A stretch of DNA of 47,501 bases from Priapulus caudatus (lineage: Eukaryota). Shown here piece by piece: positions 1-8,960 of this stretch. The translations under genes and the position numbers were made by a program. Position 1 is the first letter of the stretch. Each line of letters begins with the position of its first letter. The stretch is from the NCBI RefSeq assembly GCF_000485595.1, contig NW_014577062.1, forward strand, positions 1,704,359-1,751,859, read 5' to 3'. The notes under the pieces are model-generated. The model made no database searches. It was given only the letters and a program-made list of their open reading frames with translations, and was not told the DNA's origin.

Positions 1-69
1 ACACATTTGGGACTAACAGGGTTTACTAGAATCCCACCACTCCACCACAGAGTCACCGCAGTAGACGTT

Positions 70-100
70 AGATGAGCGCTGTCGCTCCCCGGCACTTGTT
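70..100 (+). mobile_element. Right end of a Helentron-associated (HINE/DINE-1-like) element
   Basis: AGATGAGC-gc-TGTCGC...CGGCACTTGTT closely matches the right end of the element at 25841-25872. Confidence 0.6.
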
Positions 101-419
101 ATGTTAAAAAGTTCATATATTATTAAAAATGTTAATGAAATAAGAGTTTCCCTGCTCGATATACCCTGTGGATACACACTAAGATTTTCTGATGCTCCGT
201 AAAAGTGTAAATATGTTTATTCATCATACGTGTGGATTTTTCAGTGCAATTTCACATATAAAACTGCTAGTATGATGCAGTTGTATGTGTGTAGCAATCT
301 ACCTAGAACCAATTTACGAGCAGATTAAGTAGCTCTGGTAATATGTTCTTATTTTCTATTGTTAATATATTGTGATATATTAAAGCATAAGTGTAACTTT
401 ATTGACAATTTCTCCACAG

Positions 420-485
420 GGTCTGATTAAAATTAGGGGTGATGATTGTTGGACAAAGTTGACCTGCATGAACTATCACTATGAG
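420..485 (+). CDS. LMF1: LMF1 internal exon (GLIKIRGDDCWTKLTCMNYHYE); upstream exons lie outside the window
   Basis: CAG acceptor ending 419 and GT donor at 486; 66 nt, phase 0/0. Translation matches the LMF1 motif GLIKIRGDxCWxDLTCMxxHYE as I recall it. Confidence 0.93.
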
Positions 486-772
486 GTGAAGATGTTTAAT
501 AGATTACACTGGGAATAATCCCTCATATCTGTTCACTAAATGGCAATCGTTACCTAATCAGCTCATTTCTGAGTTTATCACTTTGGTGTAAAGTCAATAA
601 TTGTCTTGTGTGCTATGGATATTATCTGCAATTTCTTAGTTGTAAAGTAGGTTTAGCCTCATGTCTATGTTAATATTGTGTGGCATTGAACAAACACTGC
701 ATTGGAGTTTGCTATCACAGCATGTCACAGTTGGGTGGTAGACTGACAAAAAGTGTGGATATTGTGTTTTAG

Positions 773-940
773 ACCCAGCCCGTTCCCAATCCACTCAGCT
801 ACTACCTGCACAGATCTCCAATCTATATCCACAATCTGGAGGTCGCAGGGAATCACATCATAGAGCTTATTGCACCCTGGTTCATCATCATGGGCAGACG
901 AATGTGTGCTATCAATGGTTTCCTTCAGATCTTCTTCCAG
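773..940 (+). CDS. LMF1: LMF1 exon (TQPVPNPLSYYLHRSP...NHIIELIAPWFIIMGRRMCAINGFLQIFFQ)
   Basis: TTTTAG acceptor, GTGAGC donor at 941; 168 nt, phase 0/0; TQPxPNP and NHxxEL motifs of the LMF family. Confidence 0.95.
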
Positions 941-1006
941 GTGAGCGAAACTAGGGTAGGCTTGCCAGACTACAGCCCAGTTCTGCAAAGTACATACACT
1001 TGTTAA

Positions 1007-1681
1007 AGGAATAATAGGGCCATTGATTATGCAATGTTGATGAATGCTAGAGTAACTGGCACATTTGTAGTTAATAAGTACGTAACCTTATAGCCTAACA
1101 CGTATTAGTTTGTCCAATATCACTGCTGGTTACATTACAAGCAAGGCTTGAAATCGATTGTTGATATTCATTTACGTGCCGTAAATGTCATCCAGGAGTC
1201 GAGCGGTAAGTCACCGATGACGTAAACATTTGTGCGGCCCGTATGTTTTGGACGCCAGATGAAATGGAGGTGTCAGCTGTGTAACCACGGCCACGGACTA
1301 AACATGGAAATGGAGTAAAACACGTACTAATCACGGATGCACAAGGACAGCCCTGACAAAAAGTTCCTTATCACGAGCGTCCGTGTTTACGAAATCACTG
1401 ATGATAGCATTGAGTACGGCCGAGCATGCGTTCGAAAATGCCCGGTGCGCTATAAATCTGTATCACACCCGCTTTGCTGGCAGCGGTTTGAAACTGTAAA
1501 CAACTCGGTCAACTGATTTCTTGGACTGCGGATTTCAATTAGACATTTCTTAGTAACAAGCAGTGATATTGGATAAAACTAATACGCGTTTGGCTATAAG
1601 GTAATGTACTTATTAACTACACAAGGTGCCAGTTACTCTAGCATTCGTCAACATTGCATAATCAATGGACATTTTATTCCT
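1007..1681 (+). mobile_element. Non-autonomous DNA transposon (MITE), Kolobok/T2-type, copy 1
   Basis: TTAA duplications at 1003-1006 and 1682-1685; AGGAATAA...TTATTCCT termini; ~125-bp imperfect TIRs; second copy at 32401-33065. Confidence 0.9.
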
Positions 1682-1760
1682 TTAAATAAGTTCATTCAAT
1701 TGGTAGAATAATAGATCTATCTGGGTTAATTGTTACTCAACCGTGTTGATTGAAAACGTA

Positions 1761-1803
1761 CAGCTGACGTTTCGCCTCCTATCAGGAGGCTTTCTCAAAG
1801 CTG
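1761..1803 (-). ncRNA. Minimal type I hammerhead ribozyme, antisense copy
   Basis: Exact reverse complement of 1904-1946. Confidence 0.7.
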
Positions 1804-1903
1804 ACTGAAGATTATCAGTCAGATTTTTTTTATCAATCACGTGTGGACCAAGCAAGCTATTAACCACTACACCATCTGGTGGTCAGAACTGATAATCTTC
1901 AGT

Positions 1904-1946
1904 CAGCTTTGAGAAAGCCTCCTGATAGGAGGCGAAACGTCAGCTG
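1904..1946 (+). ncRNA. Minimal type I hammerhead ribozyme (U3-A8 variant)
   Basis: CAGCU-UUGAGAA-A-GCCUCCU(GAU)AGGAGGC-GAA-ACGU-C-AGCUG: stem I CAGCU/AGCUG, 7-bp stem II, GAAA core, palindromic ACGU stem III and GUC cleavage triplet. Confidence 0.72.
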
Positions 1947-2034
1947 TACGTTTTCAATCAACAGGGTTGAGTAACAATTAACCCAGATAGATCTACATAC
2001 ACTCGATCTGATAAACATCAGATTGAAGGTTTAA

Positions 2035-3179
2035 GGATACTATCCACGTTGTGCACGGGTATTGCTCTAGTGAAGATTAAACGTTTATTGGCGAATAAAT
2101 CGAATCAATCACTTGTTTTATTTATAGAGGAGATATATCTCTATGCTCAAGCCAAAAAATTTCATGAAATTTCCAGCACCTAATTATGTTACCACACAAA
2201 TTTTGAATTTTTATGTAAAAATGGTATTTTGGATATTTCTCAATTACCAGAAAGAGTGAGGATACAAAATTTTCGCCACATGTTAAGCACAATATGGACC
2301 AAAATAGTGCGTCAGGATTTTTCTTTAATTTTTATATTTACCGAGAAAACTGCAAAAAACTGCTTAAAAATCAAGTTGTGTGTTAAAATTGAAAATTTTA
2401 GCGAATAAAGAGGCATAACTAATAAAATACAGCACTTAATAACAATCCCTGACGCACTTCTTTACCACAAAATGTTACCATTAAAACAAGTGTAAAATTA
2501 AATTAATCCGAGTTGTAATCACAGAGAAATATCCATTTATACATCGGCTACTATGTCAGAAATCGAAACGGAGAAATTAGCGTTTTTCTATTTTTCACAA
2601 TGAGTGACCGCCTGTGTGCAAAATGGGTGAACGTATGTAATATATCTATTGTTAGTACTTACTGCGACATATCCATGACTAACTGACACCACTAAATTGG
2701 TAAAATGTTCCATGCACCTTGAGAAATTCTGAGAAATTACGAGGTTACCATCGCAGAACGCGCGAACTCTGCTCATCCTGACGTCACAAAGCTAATATGT
2801 CAGCAAACGCGCGCGATTGCGTGTGTTGCAAGGTGTGTTGCGAGGTGTTAGAACTATTTTGGGCGTGGGATACTAGTTGGATCACTAGCAGATGTACATG
2901 AATGTACATGAATACATGCAATGACAGCTGTAGCAGGGTTGAGGCTTAATGATACTGGCTTAGTTAATATCGTGGTTGTATCATGTCGCTGACGTCATAA
3001 TGACGTCAGCCGCTGCTTACTACACACATGTACGCGGGTAAGCAAAAACGCCCTGACAGTTCACATGTACCGTTATATGGAGAAATTAGCATGTACACAG
3101 GTGGCACATAGTGTTAGCCATCGAATAAAGTTGAAAACGAAAAATCGATGAAATTTCATGCACAACGTGGATAGTATCC
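2035..3179. mobile_element. Non-autonomous DNA transposon, Kolobok-like
   Basis: Perfect 21-bp TIRs GGATACTATCCACGTTGTGCA (2035-2055 and 3159-3179) flanked by TTAA (2031-2034 and 3180-3183); GG..CC termini; no transposase ORF. Confidence 0.88.
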
Positions 3180-3390
3180 TTAATTCAAGCATGGAAATTG
3201 CTTCTGATCTCTTCCCAAATTTACCTACTCCTGACATTGTGCCATGACTAGCATTTAGTACTCGGGCATTTTATGGCCAGCATACACAGTGATCCTTTTA
3301 ACTTTTAATTGGAGAGAACTGGTTATACTTTCTATGTGAACTCTGGGTTAGATCAAGTTTTTAACATAATAATCTCTACTTGTCCATTAG

Positions 3391-3559
3391 GTGGTCCTAA
3401 TTCTGAGTGGAAATCTAAGTTTCCTCAACTGGCTAACGATACTTCCAAGCATTTGTTGCTTTGATGATTCGCATCTAACATTCCTGTTTGGGAGCAGCAC
3501 AAAGAACCAGGTGGCGCAGTTGCAGCAAGATGTGAAAAGTAGCATGACGGCTCATCACG
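3391..3559 (+). CDS. LMF1: LMF1 exon (VVLILSGNLSFLNWLTILPSICCFDD...)
   Basis: TAG acceptor ending 3390; SGNLSFLNWLT...CFDD signature; donor GTTGGT at 3560 gives phase 1, which matches the next exon. Confidence 0.93.
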
Positions 3560-3901
3560 GTTGGTGACATAACTTCACCTCAAATCCGGTCATTAACAAG
3601 AAGTTCAAGTATTTACAGACTTTGCATATTTCAGTGCCCATACTTTATTTACTTTTAGACTGTACTTGCTGTATTTTTACTTAACGACTCTCTCAAATTA
3701 AAGTAAATTGCTAGTGGGAACTATCTACAGAACGGAAATTACCCTATGGGCAAGTCACTGTGCTGCTGCAATATATTCAGCACCGCACTCGATTTAGACG
3801 GTAGGTGGAGCAGTGGATAGCCAGGCCTGTAAGGTGGGGTTGCACCGTCGGTGTCGTTGTCACGTGTGTGTGTGTGTGTGATTGTGTGTTGGATGCTGCA
3901 G

Positions 3902-4055
3902 GTCGCGGGCTGCGCAGAGTCGTCGAGGTGTGTGTCGGTGTCGCGCTCGTCTACCTGAGCGTGCCCGTGATCGCCAACCTCGCGTCGGCCAAGCAGGCGA
4001 TGAACACGTCGTTCGATCCGCTGCGCATTGTCAACACGTACGGCGCGTTCGGCAG
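3902..4055 (+). CDS. LMF1: LMF1 exon (GRGLRRVVEV...LSVPVIANLASAKQAMNTSFDPLRIVNTYGAFG)
   Basis: TGCAG acceptor ending 3901, GTACG donor at 4056; 154 nt, phase 1/2; conserved MNTxF...IVNTYGAFGS motif. Confidence 0.95.
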
Positions 4056-4094
4056 GTACGATCAGCCGCCGCCCGACGTCGCCCGTAACTCCCA

Positions 4095-4355
4095 CGCACT
4101 CTTCATAAAGCATAGAGGCATTGTTATCTTTCCCACTGGTGCTGGCGCCATCTTCCTACAACATGGAGTTGTTTTTTCCTTCCCTCTGACGTCGTTGCCT
4201 TCTTCATCTAGCATATAGTCGTTATTATCATTCCCGCTAATATCCGTGTCCTCTTCATACAGAACGGAGTCATTCTTATCTTTCCCACTGATGCTGCATG
4301 GTGCCATCTTAATACCATGGAGTTGTTCTTCCCTACCCCTTGATGCTGGCACCCA
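4095..4355. repeat. Diverged ~50-bp tandem repeat in LMF1 intron
   Basis: Recurring TCTTCAT/CATGGAGTTGTT/TATCTTTCCCACTG(G/A)TGCTG blocks. Confidence 0.5.
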
Positions 4356-4690
4356 CTCTCCTCCTACCCCGAGATACAAATATTCAAGCTTCTGAACACA
4401 GGAGACTTACACTCTATTGTTTATTTTAATATTTACAGCAAACTGCAATGTGTTATTGGTATTAGTGTTCATGAACACAATATACGATTCGCTCGTTCAT
4501 GGACGCATATAGGCCAAACTAAGCTCTTTGAACATATTGGACTAGAGAGGTGAAACTTTTGTGGAAATTGCATTCATAACCCTAGGACTTCCTGTACATT
4601 GAAGCATCAGCAGATATTCTTGAGCGTAAAGTTTTTCGCGTAAAGTAGAATGACATTGGGCACAAAGTTATTGGCGGTTGTTGCTTGCAG

Positions 4691-4874
4691 CATCACTAAG
4701 GAGAGAACAGAGGTGATACTGCAGGGCACGTACGACGAAGACCCTCTCAGTGCCAGCGCCACGTGGGAGGAGTACGAGTTCAAGTGCAAGCCAGGCAACC
4801 TGTCTCAGCGTCCTTGTGTAATCTCTCCTTACCACTACCGACTAGACTGGCTAATGTGGTTCGCAGCCTTCCAG
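4691..4874 (+). CDS. LMF1: LMF1 exon (SITKERTEVILQGT...WEEYEFKCKPGN...PCVISPYHYRLDWLMWFAAFQ)
   Basis: TGCAG acceptor ending 4690, GT donor at 4875; 184 nt, phase 2/0; hallmark YEFKCKPG and PYHYRLDWLMWFAAFQ motifs. Confidence 0.97.
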
Positions 4875-5939
4875 GTGTGCTTGCGCGATATACTTGTTGT
4901 CTTGTATTAGTATGTGCTGCCACCTGATGAAGAAACGCAATGAAACTGTAGCTGTACTTTCAATGCTGGATTTCTAAACAGTTCATAACAATTTATTACT
5001 CAATTGTCCTCTAGGTGGCAGCAGGTGTACGAGCTATATCAGTTCATATCATTATCGGGTTAATATCATTATCTCTAAAATTAACCGATGAACTAATACA
5101 TGTAGATAAATTAGGTCTCACCTGTTAATAGATATATGACTAATTAGTTCAGCACAAAAATTACTATGAGTGTGTGCTGTTATAGGCTATAAAAGAGCAT
5201 TTAAACAGCAAAATTGCACCTGCATTTCTGAGATACACGAAAATTACAAAATGAATATGCTGCCACAAAACAAGTGTACCTGTTTACGTGTACGTTCTAG
5301 ACTCTTACCCCATTTCAATATGTAGATAAAGCTAACATTGTAGAGAGAAGGTACCAGTTTACCAGTGATGGCATCTTGTGAGATTCAAGAGTCGAGTGCT
5401 ATTCATGTTGTCACATGTAAACGAATCTATTTTGAAATGCAGATCAGTACACATATTAGTCTAAATAATGATGTATGAATGTTCTAAGACATGTTAGCCT
5501 TACTTTGTTCACTTGGTGTTATGTAAGAAGTACTAGCTAGTTGGTATCAGAATAGTCAAGAAAATATAAGAACCAATAGAAAAAACGTGAAATTGTTGAA
5601 ATCTTTCTGATCATAGAGTATTAACTACTACTGGCTTAGTGATAATGTCAAGTAGCAAATTATTCTTAGCACTGAGAATAATGTATTATCTAGTTATTTA
5701 AAATCTATTTAAAGTGTATAGTCTCCTATCTAACTTGAACATGTAAATATTTTTATAGGTTCTCGCACATCTGCTGGTGGAAATAATTTGTTAATGGTTT
5801 GGTTGCCATTTGTAGTTTTGTGCATCATATGGATGTTCATCGCATAAAGCTGTACGGCATTGGTATTTAGCCATGGTTACCACAGCTGATTTGCTATAAG
5901 TTGTGGTTGCATTGTTTGTTTGTTTTGTTTTTGTTTAAG

Positions 5940-6052
5940 AACTACCAGTATAATCCGTGGCTTGTGCACCTGACTGCTAAGCTGTTGGTGAACGATCAGC
6001 TGGTGACAAGTCTGATGGCACACAATCCTTTCATGGGCAGCGATCCGCCGCG
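5940..6052 (+). CDS. LMF1: LMF1 exon (NYQYNPWLVHLTAKLLVNDQLVTSLMAHNPFMGSDPPR)
   Basis: T-rich tract plus AAG acceptor ending 5939, GTAAGT donor at 6053; 113 nt, phase 0/2; NPWxxHLxxKLL...HNPF motif. Confidence 0.94.
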
Positions 6053-6234
6053 GTAAGTCACTGAACCATTGACACATCATCAACTTTTCTGTTGATATTA
6101 ACCATTATGCAAAGGATTTACTGCTACTCCGACACGTGTTACTTGCAATGCAAAAGAGTGCATGATGTGCACCTACCCCCCCCCCCCCCCCCGTCAGTGT
6201 CTATCTCCTGAACTGCCAGAGTGAAGCATAACAG

Positions 6235-6561
6235 GGCCATAATAAAAATATTGTTTGTTTGCCCTCACCCGACCGACCCGCCAAAAAGGGGCTGACTCAA
6301 ATTTTTTTATTGGTCTTTCCCATTCTTTTTTTTTTTACAAATTGTATCACTGTACATTATATAAATCTGTAGGCAATACATTATATGTACCAAGCAAAAC
6401 AAACGTTCAACATAAAAGGTATCTCCACACAAGCACACCCGAGCATGTAGACACCATGCTGAATTTGTAAAAAGACCCCCCTCAAAAAAAGCATACCTAC
6501 CTACCCTAACTTTTCAGCCTGGGTCGGGTGAGGGCAAACAAGGATTTTTTTAATTGTGGCC
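6235..6561. mobile_element. MITE, possibly PIF/Harbinger-type
   Basis: ~40-bp imperfect TIRs GGCCAYAAT...TTGTTTGCCCTCACCCGACC; 3-bp CAG duplication at 6232-6234 and 6562-6564. Confidence 0.75.
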
Positions 6562-7419
6562 CAGTTTTGCTATGGATTGGCAGAATAATAACCTTTGTCA
6601 TTTGATGGCGGTAGATTCGTGAAGTAAACGAGGGGGGTTATAATCACGTGCTATTGGATATCGAGTAGTTCCAGCCATGGCATATTCGGCGTTGAGTGAT
6701 GACTGTGTCCTTCAGATAAGACATATAATAGGAGTGACGTCTGCCGAAAAAATGTCAATGACACAAAAGATGAGAATTCGATTTACGTTTCTGTCATTCT
6801 CTAACGAAGCTATCTAGATCTATAATTGGCTGTTGTCGTGCTAACCCAGGATCTAGCTGCCTGTAATTAGTGGTTGTTTTCGACTGAGAGCGATCGTTGC
6901 TAAGCTAATGTTAGTTCCGACGTGAAGGGTCACAGGCATTCGGGTTAGTTTATCACACGTTCGCATATTCCTATATTTTTGCGCACCCATTAGGTAGGGA
7001 GCACTGAAAACGAGTGCTGGTTATACAAATGGAAAGCGTTTAAAACATCTGTGCATGTAGCGTGCCATTGCAAAACCGTATCATTGTGGTTGAGATCAGT
7101 GCTATCAAATTTACAACCTGTCTCCATTTCATTTTTCGCACATTCTCAGTGAAATAATGGGTATAGTCGATAAATTGTTCTGTGTATACACTACTGTTAT
7201 GCAGCTATAGAACTGAATGGTTCTTGCTTGATTGCTCTAATTGAACAATATTACATTTAATTGTATTCATAGAATGAATTTATCTCATCCACCATCAGTG
7301 GAACTGATATATGATGCTGATATATGATTCTCAGTATCTTGCAAGCTTGATAATATTGTAGACAGTGGCTAAATGGATAAAGAGTTTTTTCAATATAATT
7401 TACTGTCTGTGTGTCTCAG

Positions 7420-7493
7420 TGGTGTGTGTGTGTGTGTGTTGTGCGGCTGTGCGTGCGTGCGTGCGTGCGTGCGTACGTGCGTGCGTGCGTTCG

Positions 7494-7526
<33 letters not shown>

Positions 7527-7622
7527 TGTGTGTGTGTGCGTGCGTGCGTGTGTGTGTGTGTGTGTGTGCGTGCGTGCGTGCGCGTGTGCGTACGTGCGTG
7601 CGCGTGTGAGTGTGCGTGTGCG
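7420..7622. repeat. Compound (GT)n/(GCGT)n microsatellite; similar tracts at about 10075-10135, 10218-10290, 11160-11330, 26140-26222, 26770-26980, 27170-27248, 33380-33480 and 36515-36595
   Basis: Read directly from sequence. Confidence 0.95.
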
Positions 7623-8787
7623 TAGTTGCATGTCCTTACGCGCATGCGGGCAGTGTTAATGCGCGTATCACTACTATCAGTATAGTTCAGTTGGTGGGCG
7701 TGAAAAACCAGATCTATCGGCATCTTAACAGCAGCAACACAACTCTCCAATCACTTGTGTTCAGTAGGAGCCATATTTGCGGAGTCGATGATGGTGTTTT
7801 GTCAACATGTGTGCACCCCGCTGCATGTGTTACGGCGGCATTAGCAGTATTGGGTTCTCCGTAACGTCGGCTGCTCCCCATTATTGTTTCCCCCTGACCC
7901 GTTACTGCCGAGTGGTTCTATAATTGATGACACGGCTAGGATAGGATTGCGTCACACTTGCCGTCGCCGTTCGGACAGTGCTGCACGGTTGCAGGCTGGT
8001 CGAACGGTCGCGTGACGTTGCAATGGCGGACGAGGCAACGGCCCCGGCTGCCGTCGTGCGAAAGTGCAGCAGCTACTAGCGTCGTCGGGTACTGTTACAC
8101 AACTCGGTATATATAACGACAGCGGACAGGGTGCTATAGCGTGCGCCGCCGCAGGCCGCGCGCGGCGTATCAGCTTTCTCGGCAATTACCGCTTAATTAG
8201 GCAGCCGTTCGTTAGGCCCTGATGCTAATTAGCAGAAATGCCTTCCGCGCCAAATGGGAGACGTTGCCCGCGGACTAGATTCGGAAGGCTGCCGCCGACG
8301 GCTGCGTGTGTTCTGGGGCTGGTTGGCGCGCATGTGTTGTCGACCGATACAGAGCATGGCGCGTAACAGCCAGATGATCGCGATGTCCATTTCCCGCGCT
8401 CTTGCGGAAGATCCTCCGCTCTCGGCTGCCTGCTATCTCGTCTGCAAGACGACGCAGACGTGATAAACCACATGCCGGGGTAGCTCCAAGAAACGGTCTT
8501 TGCTAGGGTTAGAAACTTAGAAGACGTGTATATTGACGTTAGTCACACAGCCTGGTCGGGCTAATGCCGGGGTTGCCGAGAAAAGCACGGAGCCACGAAT
8601 TTCCGCCCTCCTCGGTCATGTCGGCGGCGTTGACAAGGGCGCATGTCGGTGATTACCATTTAGAACGCCGTGCGCGCGCGGGGCACAAGTTGGTAAAAGA
8701 AACAACGCCGTGCGCGTTCAACTCTCGAGGTCGCTTGGTTGGTTGCATGTTATAGTCGCTAGTCCATGACTGCGCGAACGCGAACAA

Positions 8788-8960
8788 GCGCCCGCCCGCC
8801 TGCCTGCCCGCCTTCTGTCTGTCCCCGCCCGTAGGCCGCTCCGCCCGTCAGGCTGCCCGCCTGCCTGCCCGCCCGCTCGCCTACCCGCCTGCGTGCCTGT
8901 CATTGCCCGCCCGCCCGCTCGCTCGCCTACCCGTCTTCTACCTACCTGCCTGCCTGCCCG
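8788..8960. repeat. Degenerate (GCCC/GCCT)n tetranucleotide repeat
   Basis: Read directly from sequence. Confidence 0.8.

Larger units (their letters stand above)
1712..1995. mobile_element. Inverted-repeat remnant of a Penelope-like element (paired pLTR fragments)
   Basis: Arms 1712-1819 and 1888-1995 are reverse complements (108 bp, one mismatch seen) around a 68-bp spacer; each arm contains a minimal hammerhead motif. Confidence 0.7.

Noticed and set aside
4924..4957. CTGATGA...GAAA hammerhead-like core
   Set aside because: No stem II between the core halves and no correctly placed NUH plus stem I pairing.
6660..6775. Possible SINE central-domain fragment; tRNA-like A/B-box hints near 9110-9160, 12890-12920 and 17965-18030
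   Set aside because: Too degenerate to define boundaries or a cloverleaf without a database search.
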